From positions 7,440,001-7,504,000 of the forward strand of contig NC_081332.1 in assembly GCF_022539665.2 (NCBI RefSeq): 64,000 bases of DNA, given 5' to 3'. Below the pieces are notes generated by a model, which ran no database searches, was not told where the DNA came from, and saw only the letters and a program-made list of their open reading frames with translations. This document shows positions 47,365 through 59,512 of the stretch, piece by piece; position 1 is the first letter of the stretch, and every line of letters begins with the position of its first letter. Position numbers and translations under genes: made by a program. The DNA comes from Daphnia carinata (lineage: Eukaryota).

Positions 47365-49014
47365 ATGAATGAACTAAATAGTGATAGTGATAACCGGAAT
47401 GAAGAACAGCCAGCCCGTAAACGTGTTAGAAAGAGGGGGAAGCTCGGTGAAAGTGGAAAATCGTTTAGAAGACGGGACTGTCACACTTCTGACTATAATG
47501 CTAACCAAAAACGTTTGGAACATATGGAATTTCTGGTCTTAGCATACCCTTAGAATTTCTTTTGTTTCTATATTTATGTAACTATTGTTTTCTTCTAATT
47601 AGGCATCACAAATTTCTAGGGATGTTGATGCTGAAATCTTACTGTTCACTTACTTTCCGAACAAAAAAATTGGAACATGTGGATTCAAACAATTTGGCAA
47701 GAAAACTCATGACATGCACAATACGTCTAAACCACTGAAAGATTTCAACCAATATTGGATGATGGTGACTGCCAGGCTTGAGTGTAACTATGTATGTTGT
47801 TGTGTGGAATGTTCCGTTCAGTAATGTTAACTTTTTATCAGGCCTTCGCAATGTAAAAACTGTTCCACCAAATGTGTTTGACATTCAGTATGGAGGCACA
47901 GCTGATGATATTGGTTGCTATCTTCAAGAACAAGGTAGGTCTTAATATTAAGTGAAATAACAATTTTTGTATTATTATCAACAAAGTGACAATATTAAGT
48001 TTTTGTTACTATATAGTTTCTTTCTTACAGCTTTTGGTGCAAATGGTATTAATGAGGAATCAGCAACTGATATGGTAGAGAATCTTGAAGAAGAAAATCA
48101 GTTATTATTGTGTGTAACGCCATCAGCAGAAGCCGAAACAAATCAGCAAACGAATTGACGCACATTGTGGTTCGCCAGACAACACCGCCGACTACCTCCA
48201 CGGTTCTTGAAACTGAAAGACGTCGAACTGCCAAAGCCAAACGTCTTCGTCAATCTAGAACTGTGATGACAAAGGAATCCTCAGGTCTTCCGCTGCATAC
48301 CACTGCACTCACAAGGTAACAAATTTGGATTGTTAATTTGAAATGGTTTGTTTTACGGATCGTGGGTGTTTTTTACCTATGGAAAATCGCCACAAATACA
48401 TGGCGCTGCCACCGAAATCCAAGTAACTGCCGATATAGATTCCGCTACCACTGGAGGCAGGCCTTCCAATCTGCAATTTTGGGTAATTATGTCGCCATAA
48501 AATAGTACCTCGCAGCATAACAATCACATTGACACTTTATTTGTAGCTGAAGTTGATGAATGGTTCGGAGCATCCAGCGAATCTATCATTGACTCTGTTG
48601 CTGAAACTGGTTCAACAACTTCTAGCAGAGTTTTAGCCAGTCATGATGTCACTGCAATGTCAGATATTAATACAGAACAACAGGCAAATTCAGCCATTCA
48701 GCCACCATCACCGCCTACAGCATATCTTGCCATGACGACTGTACAAAAAACTATGGTTACCAGTACAACTCTATCGAACCGGTATAATATTTAAAAATTT
48801 TTACTTAAACAACTAAAGCCAACAAACATATATATATATTATTTTTCCCTGTAAACAGGAAACCGCCTGAATGGAAAAAAAGCCTCTTCAAGCACAGCAG
48901 TTAACCACTTCGCTTGCTGATTTCAACAAAGTAAATCTTCTCGAAAATGTTCTTAAGCTGAAAAAAGTCTTTTATCCCCGCCGATGCTCTGCCAATCCGG
49001 ATAGTCAGCCGTAA
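47365..49014 (+). pseudogene. Multi-exon decayed gene: basic N-terminus, MADS-like segment and Ser/Thr/Glu-rich tail
   Basis: Exon 1 has PARKRVRKRGK. A putative 67-nt intron (47536-47602) joins KRLEHMEFL to ASQISRDVDAEILLFTYF. Further GT-AG introns near 47935, 48316 and 48782. Confidence 0.45.
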
Positions 49015-49973
49015 ACCACTATAACAAACCAAACAGCTCTGCCTGAACACCATTTTCATTCGAAAATGTTATGTAATCTGATACTAAGAAAATTTTTGCT
49101 GCTAACTAAGTCAGACTGTTTTTTTTAAATTAAGCTTGATCGATTTTTTATCGTGTACGTTACTCTGTTTGTGTAACATAACCCAGTTAATTTTTGTATA
49201 TCTAAGACGGACGTTGAGATTCTCTTGAAACAAAGAAATGCGAATGTTTACTTGCTTTTTGTGAAGAGCAAAAAAAATAAATACGTTTTTCATACATGTT
49301 TTGAAATTAATACTTTTTACACTCAGCCAATAAAGCCATGACAGCTAAAGGTTTAGTCTTCGATGTTAAAGACTACAATGACGATGAAGACCACATAAAT
49401 GATAACGAATATATTTGCTACACCAAGTTTACTATTTAAAAAAATAAAACGGAAAAAAATTTGAACTTGGCGCGGAAAGAAAATGGCCGCCATCATGATA
49501 TGTCAAAAACTAGTATTTTCCAACGTAATGTTCGGGGTTAAATAAAGCGATTTAAAAGAGTTCGTATGTAACAACGGGTTCCTGGCTTCACCAGAAACAC
49601 AAATATCACAATTCTTACGTGTTTTGACGAAGAATAAGCACCAAACGATCGGTGTAAAGTGTTACGGATGTAGCCGGCGTTGTACCCAGAAGCCTGACAA
49701 CGAGCACGGATAGACGCTGAGGCGGAAATATAGATGGATAATTCCAAAAGTCAGGCAAGACGAAGTGTATTAGTCAGGGGAAACAAATTGATACACTTTC
49801 ACACAAGTTGGCGAAGGGAAGCCAGCGCTTAACGCAAAGCTCCTTCTTTCAACCACACAGTAGACGGCGAGATCACAGACTGCCCCGCGTAACTGCGAGC
49901 AGACGACCCGTCGCCTACATTCCGGTTGGCCATCTATTGAGGGGAAATGGAATCGGGACACGAGATGGGGGTA

Positions 49974-52044
49974 CAGTATCCTCCAGAAAAAACAGGCACC
50001 CCCCCGGTCGCGGAAAATAAAATAATATATTACTAGCGCTAGATGGCATTTAATTTTTGCAACAGATAAACAAAAAAAGCATGTGTTTTTTTTGTTTGTT
50101 TGTTTTGACGGCAAAATTCCAGACAGTTTGCCGATTTCCGATGTTTTTTGTAATTTTGCTTCGAGCTAAATAAAGAAAACGGAAAATTTGAGAAGTCTGG
50201 AGAAAGGCACAGATTGTCTGAATCGTAACCTTTCCCCCATTTTACTTTTTTTTCCAAATTTTCCGTTGTCTTTTTTTTTGCCGCAGGAAATATTAGGAAA
50301 ACTTATGAGCGAGTGGACTTCAGAAGACGGAACATATTATAGAATTCTTTTCATAGACATATAAACGAAACGTTAAAAACGATTTTTTAATACTATTTAT
50401 TTCAGTTCATTATACTGGCAAACAAGATTAAGAATTAATATTTAGTCCACCATCCGTTTGCCTCAATGCATAATTGTAGTCTATTGGTCATAGAAAGCGC
50501 TAATTTTTCCCTATAAGCGCCTCTATCTGTTAAATTTTGCCAAGCATTTTGTGCATGGGCAAAAACTTCATCTTTGTTTCGCGAATTCCGTGCGTCAAAT
50601 TCACGAACAATATCCCCCCAAATGTTTTCAATAGGGTTTAAATCAGGTGAGCGGGCAGGCCACGGAAGAACCACGATCCGTGGATGGGCAGCAAACCAAG
50701 CCTTTACTACCCTAGCAGTATGGATAGGGGAATTGTCTTGTATGAACGGGATAGTTTCTTCTGGCCCATAAGTTTCGGTAATCCACGGCAGGAAAATGTT
50801 TTCCAGGATGTCAACGTATTTTTCCTTCGTGAATCTGCCATCGATTTCAACTAGTGGGCAAGTGCCAGCCGCAGAAAAGCAACCCCAAACAGGAACTGTT
50901 TTGCGCCCACTCCTATTAATAGGCTGAATATGCTCCCGCTGAAATCTCGTTCCCTTTTTCCGGTAGACAAACACTCTACCACATTCGTCAGACCTTAATA
51001 AATTATTATCAACTGATTATAAGATACTATTATGTAAAGTTATTTTTGAAATATTAATACCCGAACGTTTTCTCATCAGAAAAAACCACCTTAGTCCAAT
51101 ATAAAGGATCTTTACTAATAAAGTCCGTCGCAAAACTTAACCGATTTTCAGCGTTACGCTGCGTGAGATCGCATTTCTTTGCGGCCACGCAAGCAATAAC
51201 GCCGCGACTTTTCAAACGTCGACATATGGTCTGCGAACTAACGGGTATTGAGAGGGAATCTAAATAGAAAAAAATTGGCATCATTAGGCCAACCCGAAAA
51301 AAATGCGCTATCCAAACCTGCGATAACGCTAGCTTTCGTGATAGGATTAGCAGCGGCGAAACGCACTATTGCATTATCCTGCTGCAATGTTGTTTTTTTC
51401 GTTAAGCCCGTTCCGCGTTTCCTTTTTACACCTTCTTCCTCGGCAAAGCGATTTTGCCACCTTTGAACGGTTGATCGTGCGCAACCCACTAAATTGGCGA
51501 TTTGCACTTGTGAATGACCGGCCCTAGTTAATCCAATTATTTCCCCGCGTTGCGCTTCACTTAAATTTTTATGTTGATTAGCACGATACATTTTAAATTC
51601 ACCGTTTGCAAAGTCTATTCTAGTCAGTAGTCACTCTATCTAGTCACCTTAACTTTCCTCTAGTCACAAATAGTCTATATGCCCCAAACAATTTCTTTCT
51701 ATTTCGGCAATGCATAATTTGTAATGGTTACCATGGTTTCCACGTTTTTTTTGGTTGCGAGAAAATAGGAAAAAAGAAAATTTGAGGACAAAATAATGTT
51801 TGGGGGATAGGTTAAAATTCGACAAACTCGGCCGTCTCGAAATTGCCCTTTTTTCCATTTCGCTCGCAGCAAAAAAACTTTGGAAATCTCGGCAACTGTC
51901 TGGGATTTTGCCGTCACAACAAAAACAAAATTGCATGCTTTTTTTGTTTATGTTTTCTATTATTTCTAATGCCATCTAGCGCTAATGATATATTTTAAAA
52001 TTTTTGGCGACCGGGGGGGTGCCTCTTTTTTGTGGAGGATACTG
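49974..52044 (-). mobile_element. Tc1-like DNA transposon (2071 bp) with TA TSD and about 200-bp imperfect TIRs
   Basis: TA|CAGTATCCTCCA...TGGAGGATACTG|TA. TIR homology continues through TAGCGCTAGATGGCATT and GACGGCAAAAT(T/C)CCAGACAGTT. Confidence 0.95.
50435..51591 (-). CDS. Tc1-family transposase, DD35E, 343 aa from three exons (51318-51591, 51061-51259, 50435-50993)
   Basis: HTH N-terminus, VVFSDEKTF, IQDNSPIH and WPARSPDLNPIE. GT-AG introns of 58 and 67 nt splice in frame to 1032 nt. Confidence 0.9.
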
Positions 52045-52663
52045 TACATGACAGGACACTGTTATGGGGTATGAAACTTGTAACACTCGGCCCTTCCTGA
52101 CTCGAAGTTACACACGAACAATACAAATAAAACACAGAGGGTTTTCTGGATCTTCGAAATGGCCCTCAAAGAAAAGAAGATAAACGACGAACAGAAAAAA
52201 AAAAGGGAAAACACCACCGACTAGTGGAAAAGAGAAAAAAAAACAACAAAAAAAGTAAAAAAAAAAAAAAAAAAAAATAAATTCCTCCCTGAGGCTCACG
52301 GCTCTTTACACCATCCAAATGACGGCGATTTATCAAAGCAAAAAAAAAAAACAATTAACAGATACCATCCCCAGCGATCAAAAAGAAGAGAGAAGAAAAA
52401 GAGAAAACAAACAATGATTTATCAAAACAAAAGAAAACAAAACATCCAATGACATCATCCCCCCCCCCCCCAAAAAAAAAAAAAAAAAAAAACAAACACC
52501 GTAACAAAATCAATAACTCCCCCCCAAAAAACCACGATAGAGAAAGAAGAGCGTGTACGTGTTATGTTTCGTAGTCGTTCATCCATGCAGGTCTTTTTGT
52601 CCGTCTCCCAGCTCTAGTAGTTGTTGTTGGCCTGTCTTCTTGTGGAGGCTCTTCCCACACGGA

Positions 52664-55600
52664 CTAAGATGAGTCGCTCGAAGAAGACGAAGATGAAGAC
52701 TCGTCTACTGCCACATCTTCCGAAGCGTCCCACTCCACATCCGACCGACCATGGAAGCGACGAATCTGGCAGACGTGGACGTTAAAATGCCTGTACGATG
52801 ATTTCTTCCGTTGCGCGGGCAGATCTTCGACTAGGTAGGTTGTTTGTGGTAGCTTCCGCACCACCTGGAATGGCCCCACAAATTTAGGAAGAAATTTTTG
52901 GTGGAATTCTTCTTTCTTGGCTTCCGTCGAACTAGAACAAGGTCACCATGAAGAAACTCGGGCTCTGGTTTCCGAACTCGATCTGTTCTTTCCTTGCTTT
53001 TTGCTTTCTTTTTCCATAATGCGCAAACGAGCTGACGACCTCCATTCCGAAACGCGTGACAAAAAGGTGGCATGTGGTTCTTGTTCGTTCTTTGGCCATG
53101 GAAAAAGATTTTCTATGGCCAGGACAGGTGGACGACCATTCACTAGTTCAAACGGCGTTACCTCGGTTGTGGCTTTGCGGGCGGTATTGATACATACGTT
53201 GCGGCTGCTAAATGTAAGTCCCAATCCGTATGTTCGGGATTGACAAAGGCGCACAATGCAAGTGTTAATGTACGATTGACTCTTTCCACTAATCCATTAG
53301 TCTCCGGATGCTCTGCAGTGGCCAAAATGTGTTTAATCTGCCAGCGCGTCACCCATTCGGAAAACATCTGGGACGTGAAGGCTGATCCCTGGTCGCTAAC
53401 AATACGTTGCGGTGTACCGTGGCGAAAGATAATGTTCGTCTCGAGGAACGACGTAACAAATTTTGTCGACGTGTCAGGTACAGCAGCCACCTCGACCCAC
53501 TTCGACAAATAGTCTATCGAAACAATTATGTGACGATTACCAGCAGCAGTAACCTTAAACGGGCCCAAGTGATCGATTCCGATAAGCTGGAACGGAGAAG
53601 ACGGTGGTTCGATGGGCTGTAGTCGACCAACCACCTGACCAATTGCGTGTTTGTGTGTTTGGCAAAAAGAACAAGATTGTACAAAAATTTTTACGCTCCT
53701 ACCCAGCCGTGGCCACCAAAATCGACTTTTAATTTTAAAATGAGTTCTCTCCACACCCTGATGTCCAGATGAAGGAGAATCATGACATGCTTCCAAGATT
53801 TTTCTACGAAGGATAGAGGGAATAACGAGTAGCAACTTTCTACCAGAGTGTTTGTTTTTTTTATACAGAATTTTACTACGGATGACAAAAACTTGGGACA
53901 TTTTACAGGGCGTAAGGGTTTCTAACGCTACAAATATTTTCCGTAGCTGGCCGTCTTGTTGTTGCAAGAGGGCGAGCTCTTTTGAGGCATAACCCACTTC
54001 GGGTTCTTTTACGGTGACTGCTAGACAACCATCTGGCCGGGAATCAATGCCGTAAGCAGGGTTCCTGGACAGTGTGTCCGCAACAACATTATCAGTACCT
54101 TTCACATGCTCAATCGTGAAGGTAAACTCTTGTAAATCAAGCACCCATCTAGCGAATTTCCCCTTTAAGTCCCTTTTCCCCATCATCCACTTGACGGCTG
54201 AACTGTCCGTCTTAACAAAAAAATGTCTCCCATAAACATACGTGCGCAACTTTTTGAGCGCCCACACCACCGCCAAGCATTCCAACTCATTGGCGTGATA
54301 TCGTGTTTCGGTGTCCGACAGCCTTCTACTGATGAAAGTCACAGGTCGATGTCCTTCACCAGTATCTTGCGTCAACACTGCTCCAAGACCAGTTTGACTT
54401 GCGTCAGTCTGAATAGTAACTTCTAGAGCGTCATCGAAATGAGCCAGAACAGGAGCAGTCGTAAGACGCGCTACAATACTGCTCTTTGCGCCTTCGTGAC
54501 GTTCCGTCCATCGCCAAACAGCATTCTTTTTGAGGAGAGCGTGCAAAGGGTGAGCCAATGACGCAAAATCAGGGACAAAACGCCGATAGTACGACGCAAG
54601 TCCAAGAAAACCTCGTAGTGATTTTAAATTCGTAACAGGCATGGAAGTCAAAGCGCGCACTTTCTCGCCTTCCGGATGAATGCCTTCCGCATCAATTACG
54701 TGTCCCAGATGGGATACCTTGGTTGCGCCGAAAACGCATTTGTCAATGTTTAGTGTCAAATTTGCTCGCTCTAGAGCTGTTAACACCAACTCCAGGCGTG
54801 TCAAATGCTCGTCAAAAGATCGACCAAAAACCAAGATATCATCTAAGTAAACTAGGCACATATGCCACTTCAACCCAGCCAAAACTCTATCCATTAAACG
54901 TTGAAACGTCGCCGGAGCATTGCTCAACCCGAACGGTAGACGTGTAAACTGGTAAAGGCCGTCTGGAGTGACAAACGCTGTCTTCTCCCGGTCTTCCAAC
55001 GCCACAGGCACCTGCCAATATCCGCTGGCCAAATCCAAGCAAGAAAAAAATTGCGCACCTGCTAACCTGTCCAAAACATCGTCGATGCGAGGTAACGGAT
55101 AAACATCACGTTTCGTTACCGCATTTAGACGTCTAAAATCAATACAAAAACGATAGTCACCAGATTTTGCTTTACGAACTAAAACGACGGGTGAACTCCA
55201 CGGGCTAAAAGATTCTTCGACAACACCGTCCTCTAACATCTCTTCAACCTTTTCCGCAATAATCTGACGCTCGAACGCTGATACCCTATATGGTGCAGAT
55301 TTCACCGGACAAGCATTCCCCGTGTCAATATGATGTTCAACTTCAGTGGTTTGCCCAATTTCCCTTTTTGACTTCGGAAAGCATTTTCGTCGACGTTCAA
55401 GCATACCCATAAGTTTTCCACGTTGACCAGAGTCTAGTCCCTCCCCAATATTAACCTGAGTGATGAATTTGGCTTCATCACCTATTGGAAGAACGGTGGT
55501 ACAAATTTCAGAATCCCCGTCTGTCAAAGTAGACAACACGGCGTCATCGTTCAGTTCAACAGTACAAAAGAAATGCCGTCGCCTTAGTTTCAACTCCGCA

Positions 55601-56580
55601 GGGGAATAATTCACAAGGGGTATCTCCGTTAGTCCTCCATTTACCGTCACGACACTGGCTGGTATCACCCACTCCTTTCCCGGCTTCGAACAACAATTAA
55701 ACTTGACGAAAGCCGTACCAGATACATCTGACGACAATCTTCCCTTCACAAAGACCAGCGAGTTTGGGGGAACCACCTGGTGTCCATCTGCCTTAACTGG
55801 CATCCATCCACGTCGTTTCGAAGGCGATTCCTCCGCAAAAGACTCGATCAGACCGTCGCTTACGTCAAAATCTTCTTCATTACTCCCTTCTTCTTCCAAA
55901 AATATTCCCTCCCTGCTGCTTTCCTCGTTAATTATATGCACCTCTTCCGCCCATCGCACTCTCTTTTTCTCCTTCGTCAAAACTTCCTCTACCCCCTTTC
56001 CTTCGCCGTCTTCGATTTCCTTGTTTCCCTTCTTTAAATTTCCCTCAATTAACCCTATTTCCTCCCCCCTTACACCTTTCCCCGTTACGTTACTCTCCCC
56101 ACTTACTAGATCTAACTCCCTACTTTCCTGCGCCACTACACCCTTATTTTTCTCCTCGACTAACCCTTCCCCGACTAATTCAATTCTCCCTCCCCTTACT
56201 ACAATGTTAGTTTTACTATTTACAATCCAGTCAACACCCAAGATTAACGCAAATGGAGCGGTCCTTAGTACGGTGACGGACTTGAGTTTGACAAAATTGT
56301 GCTTCCACTTAACGTTCAACGGTAGGGCTCCCTCAACACGCACAAGCTTATTGTCGACGCCTCTCAATTTAGTTTTCGTGGAATTCCGATGAAGGTCCAT
56401 AAATTTCCGTACGACGCTTAGCCGTACCGCACTAACGCTAGCCCCCGAGTCGACGAGTGCCGTAACTTCCCCAACTTTTTCTACCCAGACCTTGATAAGA
56501 GGCAAGGCTGGGCGACTTTCAGTGACAAAAAATCCCTTCAAGGGTGCCATTGCCCTCGACGCACTACGCCGTCGTTTTTT
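52664..56580 (-). CDS. pol: Gypsy-3 Pol (PR-RT-RNase H-integrase), open for about 1140 codons, with frameshifts only in the integrase C-terminal part
   Basis: LVDSGAS, RFCIDFRRLN, YLDD, QTDASQTG, GIDHLGP, SDQGSAF, NGLVERVN. The GPF module lies in frame 52664-52879. Confidence 0.93.
56538..56580 (-). promoter_or_regulatory. Putative -1 frameshift site A AAA AAC followed by GC-rich, potentially structured sequence
   Basis: GCA AAA AAC in the gag frame (56574-56580). The -1 frame is the pol ORF. Confidence 0.75.
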
Positions 56581-57560
56581 GCCGGACAATCTCTAGCAAT
56601 ATGGCCATGCCGATTGCACGAATAACACAATCTTTGCGCTGGTCCCCTTGGGGTAAACCTTCCACCACCCATCCGCGGAGCACTAGGTCCGGGACTAACG
56701 TTGAGTCGTGACAGCGACGATGAAATTTGGTTGACCAAGCGGTCTCCCAGACTTTGAAAGAGTGTGTTCAAATCAGGTGTTGTTGGCCCAGGGACAGTTG
56801 ACTGCGGAGCTGTTAAAACAGGGGGCGTTGGTTGTAATAGCGGCGCATTTGTGGTGGTTGGCACACTGGGCACTGGAGGCGTTAACCCAAGTTGCTCTAA
56901 GTCCCTGAGTCGCGTCAAAAAGGCCATAAAGTCTACCGGTAAAGGAGAAGTTAAGGCTGCGACGTGAATAGGGTTCGCGAGACCTCTCAGCAACATCTTG
57001 ATGACGTCAGCCTCCGGTAACGGGACGGGACAACGAAGGCACAATCGTCGCTTGTCCAACGCATATTCAAGGCAAGATTCCCCTAGTTTTTGTACCCTAG
57101 ACTCTACGAGCGAACTCCACTCCAAAAACGAAAGCGCTCGAGCAAAGTTGGTCACTAGTGCGGCTGACCAAATAGCCCAGGTAGCGTGATGGTGTCCCGT
57201 TTGCGCGTGCCATTGGGAGGCAGTGCCCTCGAGACGTGTCACAGCAACCAAAAGTCGATTCTCCTCTGTCCAACCCTCTAACCCACCAACGCGTTCCACA
57301 TGGTCAATAAACCCTTGCGCATCTTCGCCAACAGCACCCGAGAAGCGTGGTATAGAACTGACAGCAATCGTCGACGGACGGATTGTCTGGGCAGCTGGCA
57401 AAGCGGCAGCAAGTGCTTGGATAGCTTCGTTGTTCTGCTGTTGTTGCATGTTAATGATTTCGACCAGTTGAGCAACCTGATTTTGCCTCGCCGCGCCGTC
57501 AGCTGCTGCTACTTCAGCAAACCTATTTAATGCCACGATCAGCTCGTTATTGTCTGCCAT
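56538..57560 (-). CDS. gag: Gypsy-3 Gag (capsid plus one CCHC knuckle), intact
   Basis: Probable start MADNNEL (ATG at 57560), IPRFSG, RLEGTASQW, CYSCNRHGHIARDC. Confidence 0.9.
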   Translation of the reverse strand: MADNNELIVALNRFAEVAAADGAARQNQVAQLVEIINMQQQQNNEAIQALAAALPAAQTIRPSTIAVSSIPRFSGAVGEDAQGFIDHVERVGGLEGWTEENRLLVAVTRLEGTASQWHAQTGHHHATWAIWSAALVTNFARALSFLEWSSLVESRVQKLGESCLEYALDKRRLCLRCPVPLPEADVIKMLLRGLANPIHVAALTSPLPVDFMAFLTRLRDLEQLGLTPPVPSVPTTTNAPLLQPTPPVLTAPQSTVPGPTTPDLNTLFQSLGDRLVNQISSSLSRLNVSPGPSAPRMGGGRFTPRGPAQRLCYSCNRHGHIARDCPAKNDGVVRRGQWHP

Positions 57561-57970
57561 GTTTATCGGTGTTGGCTCTGCTCCCGTGAGAACAAATTCG
57601 GACTTCTGACACCTCGTTTTCGTTGTAGGTGGACGCGGTACTGGGCGGACGATACGAGCCCTTGCGGACGAATTACGAGCAGATTCTCTCGGGGTCCGAA
57701 GATAGTATTCGGGTTCGAAACCGTAAAAAAGGGGTCTGTAATGTCGGTATCCGAATCCGACATGCAGAACAACCGAAAGCGAGAAAAAAAAAAAAAAGGG
57801 AAAAAAGGGTCTAAATGCCACGAAAATTAAAGTAAAAAAAAAAAAAAGACTCTAAACTCCAAGAGAAAGAAAAACAAAAACAAAACAAGTGCCAACCAAG
57901 AGCACTTATTCAACGGGTCTCACTTCAAGACCAAAAGATCGTCCCAAAAAAAAAAAAAAGATGTTGGGCT

Positions 57971-58007
<37 letters not shown>

Positions 58008-58643
58008 AAAAAAAAAAAAAAAAAAAAAGTACCCTCTGTACACAAGAGGGACACACACACAAAAACGATACCGTCCAGAACGAGCAACAGCCCGTAAGCA
58101 GAAAAAAAAAAACTTCACGGCACGACTTTGTATCAAGGTTCTTTTCTCGCCTTAAAAAAAAAGAACGAGCAACAAAAGAACCACTCAAAAGGTATTGCAA
58201 TCCCGCTGATATGGTCGCTCAAAAAAAAAAAAAAGAGCGAGAGAAAAAAAAAAAAATCTCTCTCGACCAAAACGCGTGGGCCGTCCCAAAAAGAAAAAAA
58301 AAAAAAAAGACGGAACGCGCAACACAAAGCGGGGCGGGCAAAAAGCACGCCGCAAAAAAAAAAGATACAATTTCTACTACACACCGTACAACAAAAATCA
58401 TGCGTTGGGATTGTTTATTTAATAGCCTGTGGCTATAGGTAACAAGGGTTGAAATACTTACCTGTCCCGTTCCTCCACTTTTCAACAAAGACGTCGCGGC
58501 GGGATGGGATCCACTCCCCTTCGGCGCCGGTAAGGACAATCCACAATGGCGGCGACCACGTCTGCGAGAATTTCCTTCAAGCGTGGGCGGCACGCGGGTC
58601 CGATATGGGCGACTTCGTTAAAGTCGTTCGATGGCCTACTAAT

Positions 58644-58661
58644 ATCCCACTCCTGACACCA
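58644..58661 (-). promoter_or_regulatory. Primer-binding site, tRNA-Leu
   Basis: TGGTGTCAGGAGTGGGAT (18 nt), 2 nt from the LTR, complementary to the tRNA-Leu(CAG)-type 3' end. Confidence 0.85.
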
Positions 58662-58663
58662 AT

Positions 58664-59000
58664 TGTTACGGATGTAGCCGACGCGGGACCCAAAAACCAG
58701 GACAGCGAGACAGGTAGCCGCGTAGACGTTAGGACAGATGGGTAATTCCAAAGCTCAGGCAAGACGAAGTGTATTTGTCAGGGCAACACTTTCACAAGTT
58801 CAACACAATTACACACACAAGTACGCGAAGGGAAGCCAGCGGTAGCGCAAAGCTCCTTCTTTCAACCACACACAGTAGACGGCGAGGTTCCAGACTGCCC
58901 TCCGTGACTGGGAGCAGACGACCCGTCGCCTACTTACCGGTTGGCCATCTATTGAGGGGGTATTTGACAGAACACTGTTATGAGATATGAAACTGTAACA
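58664..59000 (-). repeat. Gypsy-3 5' LTR (337 bp)
   Basis: TGTTAC...GTAACA termini, adjacent to the PBS. Confidence 0.9.
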
Positions 59001-59183
59001 GTACTGACTTCATTCGAAGGGTTCGGTGTGAACTGGGTAAGTTGAAGTAAAAGTAATTTTGAGTGGGCACGCTGGTAATTACGACTACTAAAAGGTCCAA
59101 TTGCATCTTCCATCTTCCATTCCACAAACCCTTTGTGATATTCGTTGATTAAGTCATCTAAAATTTAACACTTTTTCATGCAG

Positions 59184-59512
59184 GTGGCGTACTTGGTACC
59201 GGTTTTGAACATATTGCTTGAACAAGGTGTTGCTGGTGCGTCTCACTCCATGGAGCAAAAGCCAGAAGCTGTAATTGTCGCACCCACTCGTGAATTGGCC
59301 ATTCAAATTCACCGGGGGCGTGTTAATTCTCCTACAATTCGGTTTTAAAATCTGTGATTGTATATGGAGGAATTGTCACGAGCTATCAGCGGTCAAATCT
59401 TCAAGCTGGGTGTAATATTGTTGTCGCGACAGCGGTGCGATTCAACGATTTCCTCGACCGTGGAGTATTTGTCTTGCCGGGGGTCAGGTTTTAAATTTTG
59501 GACGAAACTGAT
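59184..59512 (+). pseudogene. DEAD-box helicase exon fragment, vasa/DDX4-like
   Basis: VAYLVPVLNILLEQG...QKPEAVIVAPTRELAIQIH / SVIVYGG...GCNIVVATAVRFNDFLDRG...ILDETD. Preceded by the acceptor TTTTTCATGCAG. Contains stops and a frameshift. Confidence 0.8.

Larger units (their letters stand above)
49660..52085 (-). repeat. Gypsy-3 3' LTR (49660-49973 plus 52047-52085), split by Tc1
   Basis: TGTTACGGATGTAGCCG...TGTAACA, homologous to 58664-59000. The minus-strand PPT AGGAAGGGCCGAG is at 52086-52098. Confidence 0.85.
49660..59000 (-). mobile_element. Gypsy-3: nearly full-length Ty3/Gypsy element (no env seen) with diverged LTRs and a nested Tc1
   Basis: LTRs at 58664-59000 and 49660-52085 (interrupted), PBS, PPT, gag and pol. 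Confidence 0.9.

Noticed and set aside
55703..56392. 229-aa Ser/Pro-rich plus-strand ORF
   Set aside because: Antisense shadow of the purine-rich pol linker.
57889..58442. Poly-Lys and poly-Phe ORFs
   Set aside because: Translations of homopolymer tracts.
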